Numbered from the stretch's first letter, positions 1 through 9,534 are shown. The stretch: DNA of 64,000 bases from an uncultured Verrucomicrobiae bacterium (GCA_963769025.1 CAVYKI010000009.1:1088001-1152000), one strand, 5' to 3'. The notes: a model not told the origin generated them from the letters alone. Translations and numbers: made by a program.

Positions 1-524
1 TAGAGCTGCGTGGTGAGCAGTTCACGGCCGTTCAGGCGCACCATGGCGTGAATGTGCGGGCAGCGTCCGCTGTACGGCACGGGCTTGATGGTGCGGAAAA
101 GATACTCGCCTTTCTCCGCCGTGAGGAAACGCCCGTAGCCCTGGAAATTCGCGTCCTTCTTGTTCGCGCTGGAGCTGCGGGTGTGGATGTACACGCCGTT
201 CGCGTCGCACTGCCATATCTCCACGGTCGCGCCGCGAACGGGCGAGCCATCCGCCCCGAGCACGCGCCCGCTCAGGTAGGTGATATCGCCGACGGCCGGC
301 GTGAGCGCGTTGTTCACGACGATGAGATCGTTGTCCGTGTCGAGCGGCAGATGGTCCGGGTAAAACGGCCCCTCGGGCTGCCGCGCCGTGATTGTGAGCG
401 CCTCGGCGAATGCGCCCGGCGTGCAAAATCCCGCCGTGGCCAGCGCGAGGCTCTGCAACAGCCGGCGGCGGCTGAACGGAATGTAAAACGCGCGGGGAAC
501 AAGCGAAGCGGACGGGGAGTTCAT
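1..524 (-). CDS. Intradiol ring-cleavage dioxygenase (protocatechuate 3,4-dioxygenase-like) with twin-arginine signal; 3' end runs off the window
   Basis: Translated by hand (not in ORF track): MNSPS...FSRRRLLQSLALA...EGPFYP...VEIWQCDANGVY...RTIKPVPYSGRCPHIH. Has the Fe-ligand motifs of intradiol dioxygenases. Confidence 0.85.
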   Translation of the reverse strand, partial: MNSPSASLVPRAFYIPFSRRRLLQSLALATAGFCTPGAFAEALTITARQPEGPFYPDHLPLDTDNDLIVVNNALTPAVGDITYLSGRVLGADGSPVRGATVEIWQCDANGVYIHTRSSSANKKDANFQGYGRFLTAEKGEYLFRTIKPVPYSGRCPHIHAMVRLNGRELLTTQL

Positions 525-574
525 GCGCGAAATCTGCGGCCCACCAGCCCGCTGTCCAGAGCAAATCGGGGCGG

Positions 575-1114
575 CTATTTCCCCTGCGGCTGGGCCAGTT
601 GCTGCAGGAGGGCCGCGCGGCGCTGCTCGTATTCCGCGAGGGCGGACTTGTAAGGGCTGAGCTTTTTCTTCCTCGCGACATTGATGATGACGCCGACAAC
701 CAGCGCGAGAAAGACCGCCGGGGCGATGCTCTTGTCGGACGAAAACATGGAGCCAATCGAGAGCATCATCACGACCGGCACCATGAGCAGCCCGACGGCG
801 CATCCGGCGAGCTTCGACGATCCGCCCGGTTCCACCAGCTTGCCGCGCCGGTCTCGGATAAGCATTGCCTCGCGCTTCATCTGCCACTCGCGGTCGAGCA
901 ATTCCAGTTCGCCCTGGATGCGCAGGACGCCGAGGTTGTCCGCCATGCGGTCCGTCTTTTGCTCGATGCGCTGAAGCACCTCCGTGCAGACCGCGCCATC
1001 GCTCCGCTGCACCGTGAGCTCGCTCTTGCAATACATGCAGGTGACAAACCGCGCCTCAGCGGGAATCTGCAGCGGCGCGCCGCAGTGGTTGCAACGGACG
1101 GAGATGAGTTCCAT
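575..1114 (-). CDS. Hypothetical zinc-ribbon membrane protein
   Basis: N-terminal CNHC...CMYC, a coiled segment, then two hydrophobic helices; 179 aa. Confidence 0.7.
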   Translation of the reverse strand: MELISVRCNHCGAPLQIPAEARFVTCMYCKSELTVQRSDGAVCTEVLQRIEQKTDRMADNLGVLRIQGELELLDREWQMKREAMLIRDRRGKLVEPGGSSKLAGCAVGLLMVPVVMMLSIGSMFSSDKSIAPAVFLALVVGVIINVARKKKLSPYKSALAEYEQRRAALLQQLAQPQGK

Positions 1115-1132
1115 GCGCGCGGTGCGTGAAGG

Positions 1133-2158
1133 TTAAAGCAGTTCGGCGATCTGCACCGCGTTCAGCGCCGCGCCCTTCAGCAACTGGTCGCCCGCGACCC
1201 AGAACGAGAGGCCGTTATCCATCGCGCAGTCCATGCGCAGGCGGCCGACGGCGCAGTTGTCCTTGCCGGCGACGTCGAGCGCGAGCGGGTACTTTTTCAA
1301 AGTCGGATCGTCCACGAGGTCGAGCCCCGGCGCCTTGCCGAGGACTTCGCGCGCGGCGGCGACGCTGACGGGCCTTTCAAACTCCGCGCTCACCGCGACG
1401 CTGTGCGCGCGGAACACGGGCACGCGCACGCACGTCACGCTCGCGCGGAACTTCGGGTGATGCATGATTTTCCGCCCCTCGTTTTCCATCTTCATCTCCT
1501 CCTTCGTGTAGCCGCTCTCGAGGAACGAGTCCACCTGCGGGAGCGCGTTGAAGGCGATCTGATGCGGATAGACGCTCACATGCTCGCTGCCGAGCCGCAC
1601 GTCGTCCCACTTGCGCGCGGACTTCGCCCACTCGCGCGTCTGCTTTTCCAGCTCCTCGATCGCCTGCGCGCCGGTGCCGCTCACGGCTTGGTAGCTCGAC
1701 GCCCACAGGCGCTTCACGCCGAACGCCTGGTGCAGCGGCCAAAGCGCCATGAGCGTGATCGCCGTCGTGCAGTTCGGATTCGCGATGATGCCGCGGTTCG
1801 CCTTCACGTCCGCGCCGTTCACCTCGGGCACGACGAGCGGCACGTCGGCATCCATGCGGAAGGCGCTGGAATTATCCACGACGACCGTGCCGGCCTGCGT
1901 GGCAAAAGGCGCATACTGCTTGGAAATGGAGCCGCCCGCGCTGAACAGCGCGACATCCACGCCCTTGAATGCATGCTCCGTCAGTTCCTGCACGGCGATG
2001 TCCTCGCCGAGATACGGCAGTCGCTTGCCGACCGAGCGGGCGGAGGCGAGCAGCGTCAGTTTGCCGAGCGGAAAGTTCCGCTTTTCGAGCGTCTTCATCA
2101 TTTCGATTCCGACGGCTCCGGTGGCTCCGACAATGGCGACATGCAGGTTCTTGCTCAT
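1133..2158 (-). CDS. asd: Aspartate-semialdehyde dehydrogenase
   Basis: VGATGAVG, ANPNCTT catalytic Cys, DQLLKGAALNAVQIAE; start placed at MSKNL. Confidence 0.97.
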   Translation of the reverse strand: MSKNLHVAIVGATGAVGIEMMKTLEKRNFPLGKLTLLASARSVGKRLPYLGEDIAVQELTEHAFKGVDVALFSAGGSISKQYAPFATQAGTVVVDNSSAFRMDADVPLVVPEVNGADVKANRGIIANPNCTTAITLMALWPLHQAFGVKRLWASSYQAVSGTGAQAIEELEKQTREWAKSARKWDDVRLGSEHVSVYPHQIAFNALPQVDSFLESGYTKEEMKMENEGRKIMHHPKFRASVTCVRVPVFRAHSVAVSAEFERPVSVAAAREVLGKAPGLDLVDDPTLKKYPLALDVAGKDNCAVGRLRMDCAMDNGLSFWVAGDQLLKGAALNAVQIAELL

Positions 2159-2257
2159 AAATGAAAGGGCGCGGAAGTTAGCGTTGCGCGCGCACTTGGC
2201 AAGACGCGGAAGCGACGCGCACTTGGCAGAACCGTAAGGAAGCGGCACATTTTCGCC

Positions 2258-2713
2258 ATGCGCATTTATGTCCATGTCCCGAGCCAGACCCTCGACCTGC
2301 TCGACGATTCCGGCGCGCTGCTCCGGCGTTACCCGTGCTCGACATCAAAGTTCGGCCTCGGCTCCGAACCGGGCTCGAACTGCACGCCGACGGGGCGATT
2401 CCGTGTCGCGGAAAAGCACGGCGAGGGCGCGCCGCTTGGGATGATTTTCAAAGGCCGCCAGCCGACCGGTGAACTCGGCACGCCGACGGACGAGCGCGAC
2501 CATGTGCAGACGCGCATCCTCTGGCTCGAAGGGCTCGATGCCGACAACGCCAACACGAAGGAGCGCTACATCTACATCCATGGCACGAATTGCGAACACC
2601 AGCTCGGCACGCCCGCGAGCCACGGCTGCGTGCGGCTGTCGAACCAGGACGCCATCGATCTTTTCGACGCGGTGCCGGAGGGCACGGAGATGGTGATCGA
2701 CGCGGGCGAGTGA
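2258..2713 (+). CDS. L,D-transpeptidase (YkuD family)
   Basis: TPTGRF and YIHGT...SHGCVRL catalytic motif. Confidence 0.92.
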   Translation: MRIYVHVPSQTLDLLDDSGALLRRYPCSTSKFGLGSEPGSNCTPTGRFRVAEKHGEGAPLGMIFKGRQPTGELGTPTDERDHVQTRILWLEGLDADNANTKERYIYIHGTNCEHQLGTPASHGCVRLSNQDAIDLFDAVPEGTEMVIDAGE

Positions 2714-2939
2714 TCCGGTACCAGCGGTTCCGTTCCGCGCGTTTCATCACCACGAAGACGAGGACCGGGACGAGCAATTCCGCCACGACGATGAGCACCG
2801 AGGCCCACACCGGCAGCACGGTCAAAACGCCCGTGACCGCCATTCCCACCAATGAACCGATGGAGGCCACCGCGCTCGCGGCAGTGACAATCTCGACCTT
2901 GGAACGGCGCGGGGAATCTTCGGGTTTCACACCGTTCAC
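2448..2939 (-). CDS. Possible small two-TM membrane protein (3' end doubtful; overlaps the L,D-transpeptidase)
   Basis: Hydrophobic hairpin IVTAASAVASIGSLVGMAVTGVLTVLPVWASVLIVVAELLVPVLVFVVM fills the otherwise empty 2713-2940 gap, but there is no stop before 2448. Confidence 0.35.
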   Translation of the reverse strand: MNGVKPEDSPRRSKVEIVTAASAVASIGSLVGMAVTGVLTVLPVWASVLIVVAELLVPVLVFVVMKRAERNRWYRITRPRRSPSPCPPAPRRKDRWRPGSTAARSRGSRACRAGVRNSCHGCRCSAPSCWRCRHRALRARGCASAHGRARPSACRVHRSAGGL

Positions 2940-3085
2940 GTATCCCGCGCGAAACCTTCCCGCAAGCCGCGCGAATCCTCTGCGCAAGCCGCGCGGATTT
3001 CCGAAGAATTCTGTTGTCACAAATTACCCCACCCGACTACATGCCCGGCACATGCAACCTGCACAGAAGGGGGTGACACTATAAA

Positions 3086-3193
3086 ATGCGTATCCTCGCC
3101 ATTCTCGCCCTCGCGGCCATGAGCTTCGGTTTCGTGTCCTGCGCGAAGCACAATCCGCCGCCGCCAGCGCCGGAGCACCACTACCACAAGTAA
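3086..3193 (+). CDS. Small lipoprotein, 35 aa
   Basis: MRILAILALAAMSFGFVSCAKHNPPPPAPEHHYHK*: signal peptide, lipobox Cys, Pro/His tail; followed by a short hairpin and T-rich run. Confidence 0.7.
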   Translation: MRILAILALAAMSFGFVSCAKHNPPPPAPEHHYHK

Positions 3194-3249
3194 GCTTCCC
3201 TCTCGGGGAGATTATTTTCGAGGCCAGATTGAATCCGTTCAGTCTGGCC

Positions 3250-3855
3250 TCATCCTTTTCCGGCGGGCTTCACGGAAATGTGCTCGCTGCCCCGCAGCAT
3301 GAAACGCCAAGCGAGATCCAGCGCGCGGGAAATCCCGATCCTCGCCCCGGCTTCGATCTCCACGGCACCGGACGGCCGGACAAATCCCGCGCCTGCGCCC
3401 TCGCAAAAGTCCCGGCCGTGATCGCGCCCCGTCACCCCCAGCGCCTGCGCGAGCTTGCCGGGGCCGCTGCAAAGCCACGCATGGGATTTCAGGTTCGCGG
3501 TTTTTGATTTCAGATTCTTCGCGCGGCGGCGGATCATTGCGGCGATCCCCTCGGTCGGCTCGATGGCGCGGAAGAGCACGAAGCCGTCCTCGCCGCCGCC
3601 CTTCACCAGCACATTCAGCATCCAGTACATGCCGTAGTTGAAATAGACGTACGCCGCGCCGGGCGGATGCTTTGCGACAAAGGCCCGCGCGCTCGGACGA
3701 GACCACGTGTGACACGCCTCGTCGTTCACGGCACCGTAGGCCTCCGTCTCAACGATCACCCCGGCACATCGCCCCCAGCGAAGCGTGCAGCCGATGAGTT
3801 CCCGAGCGCACGTCACGGGGTCGCGTTCAAAAAATGAGCGATCGAGCGGAGTCAC
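3250..3855 (-). CDS. DNA-3-methyladenine glycosylase (MPG/AAG family)
   Basis: ARELIG, IVETEAY, YVYFNYGMYWMLN, CSGPGKL, RIGIS; GTG start chosen. Confidence 0.93.
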   Translation of the reverse strand: MTPLDRSFFERDPVTCARELIGCTLRWGRCAGVIVETEAYGAVNDEACHTWSRPSARAFVAKHPPGAAYVYFNYGMYWMLNVLVKGGGEDGFVLFRAIEPTEGIAAMIRRRAKNLKSKTANLKSHAWLCSGPGKLAQALGVTGRDHGRDFCEGAGAGFVRPSGAVEIEAGARIGISRALDLAWRFMLRGSEHISVKPAGKG

Positions 3856-3860
3856 AAAGT

Positions 3861-3959
3861 AACGTTGAACGCTCAATGCCCGACGTCCAACGCCCAAAGT
3901 TGAAACCCGCACCCGGGGTCTCGCCACCGCGGACGCTCAACGCCGGACGTCGGACGTTT
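3861..3959. repeat. Degenerate heptamer tandem repeats (RACGYYS), groups of 6 and 4 units
   Basis: aacgttg aacgctc aatgccc gacgtcc aacgccc aaagttg at 3861-3902; gacgctc aacgccg gacgtcg gacgttt at 3932-3959. Confidence 0.65.
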
Positions 3960-4709
3960 TTACAGCCCCGTCGGATGATCGATGAATTCCCATGGCTTCC
4001 GGAATTTCCGCGCGACGTGCTGCACGAGCGCCTTCACTCCAAACGTCTCCGTCGCGTAGTGCCCGCCGTAGAAAAGGTTCACACCGAGTTCCTCCGCGAG
4101 CGTGAATGTGTGATGCGCGCCCTCGCCCGTCACGAACGCATCGCAGCCAAGTGCGGCCGCATGCGCGACCATGTCCCCCGCCCCGCCGGTCACCACGCCG
4201 ACGCGCCTCACGCGCGCGGCTCCTCCCGGTATGATCTTCACCGGCCCGCCGACCGCCTTTTCCAACCGCCGCGCAAACTCCGCACGGGTCACATCCACAT
4301 GCCCGACGAGCCCGATGTCCTGTCCCTTCGCGGGAAAGGCTGGCGCACATTTGCGAAGCCCGAGCATCTTCGCGAGCAGGGCGTTGTTGCCGAGCTTTGC
4401 GTGGAGATCCAGCGGCAGGTGCGAGCTGAACACCGCGAGATCCGCGTCGAACGCCAGCTTCAGCTTTCTGCGCAACGCGCCCGTGAATGCCCTCGCCCCA
4501 CCCCACAGCAGTCCGTGATGCACCAGCAGCAGCGTCCCCGGCACACGCGCGGCCTCCGCCAGCACCGCCTCGCACGCGTCCACCGCCGCGCAGACGCGGG
4601 ACACACGCCCGCTGTTCTCGACCTGCAGACCGTTATGCGCGCCGGGATAGTCGCCCGTGTTCGCGTGATTTAGCAGCTTGTCGAGGTGACGGACGATTTC
4701 GGAGAGCAC
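3960..4709 (-). CDS. Nif3-like dinuclear metal centre protein
   Basis: NGLQVE, LLVHHG, SHLPLDLH, GHYATE. Confidence 0.93.
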   Translation of the reverse strand: MLSEIVRHLDKLLNHANTGDYPGAHNGLQVENSGRVSRVCAAVDACEAVLAEAARVPGTLLLVHHGLLWGGARAFTGALRRKLKLAFDADLAVFSSHLPLDLHAKLGNNALLAKMLGLRKCAPAFPAKGQDIGLVGHVDVTRAEFARRLEKAVGGPVKIIPGGAARVRRVGVVTGGAGDMVAHAAALGCDAFVTGEGAHHTFTLAEELGVNLFYGGHYATETFGVKALVQHVARKFRKPWEFIDHPTGL

Positions 4710-4770
4710 GCGCCCACCATGCCCGCATTCGCTCCCCGCGGCAAGGCGGCTGCAGCGGTCTGCGGTCCCG

Positions 4771-5553
4771 CTACTTGATGATTCCCCGCGCGCTCTGCGT
4801 GACGAAACCGATCAGGTGTTCGATCTCCGGGATGTCCGGCAATTCCGAGCGCATCCGCTCCACCGCCTGTGCGACGTTCAGATCGGAGCGGTAGAGAAAT
4901 CGGTACGCCTCCTTCATCGCCCGCACGACCTCGGGTCCGTAGCCGTGCCGTTCGAGGCCGATCTTGTTGATGCCGCGCACGCGCGCCGGATTCCCATCCG
5001 CGAGCATGAAGGGCGGGACGTCCTGCACGATTTTCGAACAGCCGCCGGTCATCGCGTGGTGCCCGAGGCGGCAAAACTGATGCACCGCCGTGAGGCCGCC
5101 GAGCACCACTCTGTCCTCGACCGTGACGTGCCCGGCGAGCGTGCCGTTATTCGAGAAAATCACGTCATCGCCCACCGTGCAGTCGTGCGCGATATGGCAG
5201 TAGGCGAGGAAGTTTCCCCGGCTGCCGACGCGCGTGAACGAACCCGGTGCGGTCCCGCGGTTGACGGTGACGAATTCGCGAAACGTGTTTCCTTCGCCGA
5301 CTTCGAGGTGCGTCGGCTCGCCGGAGTATTTCAGGTCCTGCGACCGCTGCCCTAGCGAGCAGAAGGCGAAAAAGCGGTTCCCATTTCCAAAGCGCGACGG
5401 GCCGGTGAGGCTCACGTGATGTTGCAGCCAGCAGCCGTCGCCGAGCACGACGCCCGCGCCGATGACGCAATACGGCCCGATCTCGCAGTCCGCGCCGATC
5501 TCTGCTCCCGCGTCGATGACGGCGGTCGGGTGGATTTTTGCGCCGTTGCTCAC
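4771..5553 (-). CDS. lpxA: UDP-N-acetylglucosamine O-acyltransferase
   Basis: Hexapeptide repeats, QDLKY, HIAHDC, VHQF. Confidence 0.97.
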   Translation of the reverse strand: MSNGAKIHPTAVIDAGAEIGADCEIGPYCVIGAGVVLGDGCWLQHHVSLTGPSRFGNGNRFFAFCSLGQRSQDLKYSGEPTHLEVGEGNTFREFVTVNRGTAPGSFTRVGSRGNFLAYCHIAHDCTVGDDVIFSNNGTLAGHVTVEDRVVLGGLTAVHQFCRLGHHAMTGGCSKIVQDVPPFMLADGNPARVRGINKIGLERHGYGPEVVRAMKEAYRFLYRSDLNVAQAVERMRSELPDIPEIEHLIGFVTQSARGIIK

Positions 5554-6863
5554 GCGTCAACGATTCCGAAGAGCATCTCCGCCTCGCTGCACACCTCGCC
5601 ATTGACGATGCAGCGACCCTTCGCCTTTGCGATTCCCCTGCCCTTCTTGGAAGTGAGCTCCACCTCGATGAAAAGCGTGTCGCCGGGGACGACGGGCTTG
5701 CGGAATTTCACCGAGTCCGCGCTCATGAAGTAGCCGATCTTGCCCGCGTTGCCCGGCACCCGCAGGAGCAGGATGCTGCCGACCTGCGCCATCGCCTCGA
5801 GTTGCAGGACGCCCGGCATGATCGGGTGGCCGGGAAAGTGGCCCTGGAAAAAAGGCTCGTTGATCGTGACGTTCTTCACGCCCGTGCATCGCGTGTCGCC
5901 GTCGAGCGAGACGATGCGGTCCACCATGAGGAACGGGAAGCGGTGGGGCAGCAGGTTCATCACGTCCTTCACGTCGAGCACGTCGCCGCCCTTCGGCGTC
6001 GTGGCCGGCGGGATGAGCGCGTTCATGCGCGCCTGCTGCTTTGCAATCGCGCGGCAGAGATCCGCATTCGGTCCGTGGCCGGGCTTTATCGCGATGACGT
6101 GGCCCTTGATCGCGCGGCCGAAGAGCGCGAGGTCGCCGATGATGTCGAGAATCTTGTGCCGCACGAACTCGTCCTTGAAGCGCAGCGGCTCCTTGCCGAG
6201 CACCTGCTCGCCGCGAATGACGACCGCGTTCTCCAGGCTGCCGCCCTTGATGAGCCCCTTGTCCATGAGCGGCTTCACGTCCTCGTAAAAGACGAACGTG
6301 CGCGCGGGCGCGATTTCCTTTTCGTAAATCGCGGGCGTGATCTCCGTGGAGAAATACTGCGTGAAACGCCCGTCTGGGCCGACATTGGTGCACGAGACGC
6401 GGAACTTCGAATCCGGGACGATGGTCATCAGCGAGCCGCTTCTCGTCTCGATGTGGATCGGCTCGGTGACGTCATAGATCGGACGCGCCACCTGCTGATC
6501 CACGATGCCCGCCTTGTTGATCAGCTCCACGTATTGCTTCGCCGAGCCGTCGCCGATGGGCGGCTCGCTCGCGTCCATCTCGATGAGGCAGTTGTCCACG
6601 CCCATGCCCGTCAGCGCGCTCAGGACGTGCTCGACGGTCTGCACCTTCGCACTGCCGTCCGCGATGGTCGTGGCGCGCTCGACCGTCTTCACGTGGTCGA
6701 TGCGTGCGTCGATTATCGGCTCATCTTGCAAATCCGCGCGCTTGAATTTCATGCCATGTCCGGCGGGGGCCGGGTGCAGCGTGAGGACGACCTCGTTGCC
6801 CGTGTGAAGGGAGGCGCCGGATACGGAGACGCTCTGGCCGAGCGTGCATTGATTGAGACTCAT
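5550..6863 (-). CDS. lpxC-fabZ: Bifunctional LpxC deacetylase / FabZ dehydratase
   Basis: TVEHVLSAL and HKILD (LpxC) fused to LPHRFPFLMVD and GHFPGHPIMPGV (FabZ). Confidence 0.96.
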   Translation of the reverse strand: MSLNQCTLGQSVSVSGASLHTGNEVVLTLHPAPAGHGMKFKRADLQDEPIIDARIDHVKTVERATTIADGSAKVQTVEHVLSALTGMGVDNCLIEMDASEPPIGDGSAKQYVELINKAGIVDQQVARPIYDVTEPIHIETRSGSLMTIVPDSKFRVSCTNVGPDGRFTQYFSTEITPAIYEKEIAPARTFVFYEDVKPLMDKGLIKGGSLENAVVIRGEQVLGKEPLRFKDEFVRHKILDIIGDLALFGRAIKGHVIAIKPGHGPNADLCRAIAKQQARMNALIPPATTPKGGDVLDVKDVMNLLPHRFPFLMVDRIVSLDGDTRCTGVKNVTINEPFFQGHFPGHPIMPGVLQLEAMAQVGSILLLRVPGNAGKIGYFMSADSVKFRKPVVPGDTLFIEVELTSKKGRGIAKAKGRCIVNGEVCSEAEMLFGIVDA

Positions 6864-6933
6864 CGTTTGGATTCGCGGAAAAGTCCGCCGCTTATGGGGA
6901 ATCCGTCCCCATGCGGCAAGCGCGATGATTCTG

Positions 6934-7007
6934 CTAGGGCGCTCTCGCCGGGAGCGCCCGCTTCGAGCCACAACGAGTCAGGGCGGCCTCGGCGATGCCG
7001 CCCTACC
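6934..7007. repeat. Inverted pair of GTAG-type REP-like palindromes
   Basis: CTAGGGCGCTCTCGCCGGGAGCGCCC on + and GGTAGGGCGGCATCGCCGAGGCCGCCC on -; each forms a hairpin. Confidence 0.6.
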
Positions 7008-8580
7008 TGCGGATCAGCGAGCGCCCTGTCATCTCCGCGGGCTTCGCCACGCCGAGCAGGTCCAGCAGCGTCGGTGCGACGTCGGCGAGGATGCCGCTGT
7101 CGAGGTTCACGCCCGCGTGGTCTTCGCCGACATAGATGAATTGGACGAGGTTCGTCGTGTGCGCGGTGTTCGGCGAACCGTCGGGGTTGCGCATCAGCTC
7201 GCAATTCCCGTGGTCGGCGGTGAGCAGCAGCTTGCCGCCCAATTCCAGCGTGCGCTCGACGAGCAGCCTGCACGCGACATCGATCGTCTCGACCGCGTGG
7301 ATGCCGGCCCCGACCACGCCCGTGTGCCCGACCATGTCAGGATTCGCAAAGTTCACGATGACGAGGTCGAACTCCTCCAGCCGCCGCCGCACCTCGAACG
7401 CCAAATCCGGCGCGCTCATCTGCGGCATGAGGTCGTAAGTCGGCAGCGCCGCCTCCTTGCCGTCCTTACTGTAGTTCTTCGGGCTCAGCGTGAGATAGCG
7501 CGCCTCGCCGGGAAATGGCGTGTCGCTCCCGCCGTTGAAGAAAAATGTGACGTGCGGGAACTTCTCCGTCTCCGCCGCGCGAAGCTGCTTCAGCCCCGCC
7601 GCGGCGACGACTTCGCCGAGAATGTGGCTCATGCTCGCGGGGCCGAAGACCGACTTCACACCGAGCGCCGCATACGTCTCCTTGTATTCCGTCAGCGTGT
7701 AGTAGCCGGCGAGCTTCGGCTTGCCCTGGGTCGCGAAGCCGCTGAACGCCGGGTCCATGAATGCCTCGGTGAGCTGCCGCGCGCGGTCGGCGCGGAAGTT
7801 GAACCACAGGACCACGTCGCCATCGCGCATCCGCTGCTCATTCGCGTGGGAGAAAATGATCGGCTGCATGAACTCGTCGCCGCGCGGGTCCGCCGGATAC
7901 GCGGCCCGCACCGCTGTGGACGGCTTCTCGGCGCTCACCGGCCCGCGCCCGAGCACGATGGCGTCCCACGCGAGCTTGTTGCGCTCCCAGCGCTTGTCCC
8001 GGTCCATGGCAAAATAACGCCCGATGACCGTGGCGATCTTCGCCGCAGTCGGCGCGATCCCCTTCTCCACCATCGCCAGGAAATCCGCACCGCTCGTCGG
8101 CGACGTGTCGCGCCCGTCGGTGATGGCGTGGATGAGGATGTCCTTCACCCCCGCCGCCGTCGCCGCCTTGCACAGCGCGATGAGATGCTCCTGATGCGAA
8201 TGCACCCCGCCATCGCTCACGAGTCCGAGTAGGTGCAATCGCGATCCTTTCGCCTTTGCGAACGCCTCCGCGAGCACCGCATTCGTGGAAAATTCGCCGT
8301 CGAGGATCGCCTTGTTGATGCGCGTGAGGTCCTGATACACGACGCGCCCCGCGCCGAGGTTCAGGTGGCCGACTTCACTGTTCCCCATCTGCCCGTCCGG
8401 CAGCCCCACATCCATCCCGCTCGCCGAGAGGCGCGACTGCGGATACGTGGCGTAAAGGTGATCGTGGAACGGCGTCTTCGCGAGCAACGTGGCATCGCCA
8501 TTTTCGACCGCCTTCGCGCGGCCCCCGGGATTCACACCCCAGCCGTCACGGATGATAAGGACAACAGGCTTCTTCGACAT
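7003..8580 (-). CDS. gpmI: 2,3-bisphosphoglycerate-independent phosphoglycerate mutase
   Basis: GQMGNSEVGH, DGRD, AETEK, NPDMVGHTG, TADHGN. Confidence 0.97.
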   Translation of the reverse strand: MSKKPVVLIIRDGWGVNPGGRAKAVENGDATLLAKTPFHDHLYATYPQSRLSASGMDVGLPDGQMGNSEVGHLNLGAGRVVYQDLTRINKAILDGEFSTNAVLAEAFAKAKGSRLHLLGLVSDGGVHSHQEHLIALCKAATAAGVKDILIHAITDGRDTSPTSGADFLAMVEKGIAPTAAKIATVIGRYFAMDRDKRWERNKLAWDAIVLGRGPVSAEKPSTAVRAAYPADPRGDEFMQPIIFSHANEQRMRDGDVVLWFNFRADRARQLTEAFMDPAFSGFATQGKPKLAGYYTLTEYKETYAALGVKSVFGPASMSHILGEVVAAAGLKQLRAAETEKFPHVTFFFNGGSDTPFPGEARYLTLSPKNYSKDGKEAALPTYDLMPQMSAPDLAFEVRRRLEEFDLVIVNFANPDMVGHTGVVGAGIHAVETIDVACRLLVERTLELGGKLLLTADHGNCELMRNPDGSPNTAHTTNLVQFIYVGEDHAGVNLDSGILADVAPTLLDLLGVAKPAEMTGRSLIRR

Positions 8581-8687
8581 AAGCCCGCGAGAAAAGCAGA
8601 CACGCGCTGCTGTGCAAGCGCGGCGGCGGCTGGCTGCGTGGCAAGGGGGCTCGGTTCATCCCGATGCTGCACATTCCATGGTCGGCG

Positions 8688-9483
8688 TCAGCCATTGCCG
8701 TCCCCAGGCCCGGAAGTCAGCCAGCCCAGCCAGAGGACAATCGCTGAGCCGAAGAAGTAGGACGCGACGGCAGTCCAGCGGACATCCGCCGCGAAGACGA
8801 CCGTATTGCTCATCCCCACGATCGATATCGTCAGGCCGAAAGTCGCCACGAGAAGGATGGCCAGCCGGGCAAGCTGAGGATGAAGTCCAGGTACCTGTGG
8901 ATGATTCCACCTCCATCCGGGGCCGACCGATGCCGAGGAGCGCGCGCCCAGATCGGTCCGCGCCAGTAATACCGGACGACGGCGGCACGCAGGCGCTTAA
9001 ACAGCGGGCGGGGCCGAGACGCTGGCACGGGCGCGAGTGACCGGGCCGCAACCTCTGGCTGCGGCGCGGAAGGCGCGGCAGAACCCTGGCGGAGGTAGGG
9101 CAGCAGCCGTGCCTTTTCATCGGGCCATCTGAACACCTGGAGCTGGCGGAGGGTGCAGGGCAGGTCCGCGGCAGCGATGCCGCCGCAGACGACTGTAAAA
9201 AGGTTCCCGCGGTTCCGGCCCGAAAGCTTCTCGATGGCGAAGGAGTCCCATTCGTAGCGGACCCACTGCTTTTCCGCGTGGGCGCGGCTGGAGGTGACGA
9301 CCATGAGATGCAGGCAGCCTTCAAGGGCACCGTCGATGGTGTGCTTGTACTCCGCCAGCCCGACCTGGTCGATGCTCTGCTCGCTAAACAAGCAGACGCA
9401 GTGAGATGGCGGAAGACTTCCGTGGCGAAGGAATAATCCTCGCTCGCCGCACTGATGAAGACTTCGTAGCCGGTCTCGTCCAT
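8688..9483 (-). pseudogene. TIR-domain protein with two C-terminal TM helices, split by two frameshifts (~9390, ~8868)
   Basis: YEVFISAASEDYSFATEVFRHL in one frame; FSEQSI...IDGALEGCLHLMVVTSS...QWVRYEW in the next; LAILLVATFGLTISIVG...AVASYFFGSAIVLWLGWL in the third. Confidence 0.7.
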
Positions 9484-9534
9484 GCGACCGTTTCGCTAGC
9501 ACGCAGGGCGGCGCGTGACCAGCATCGAACGGCG

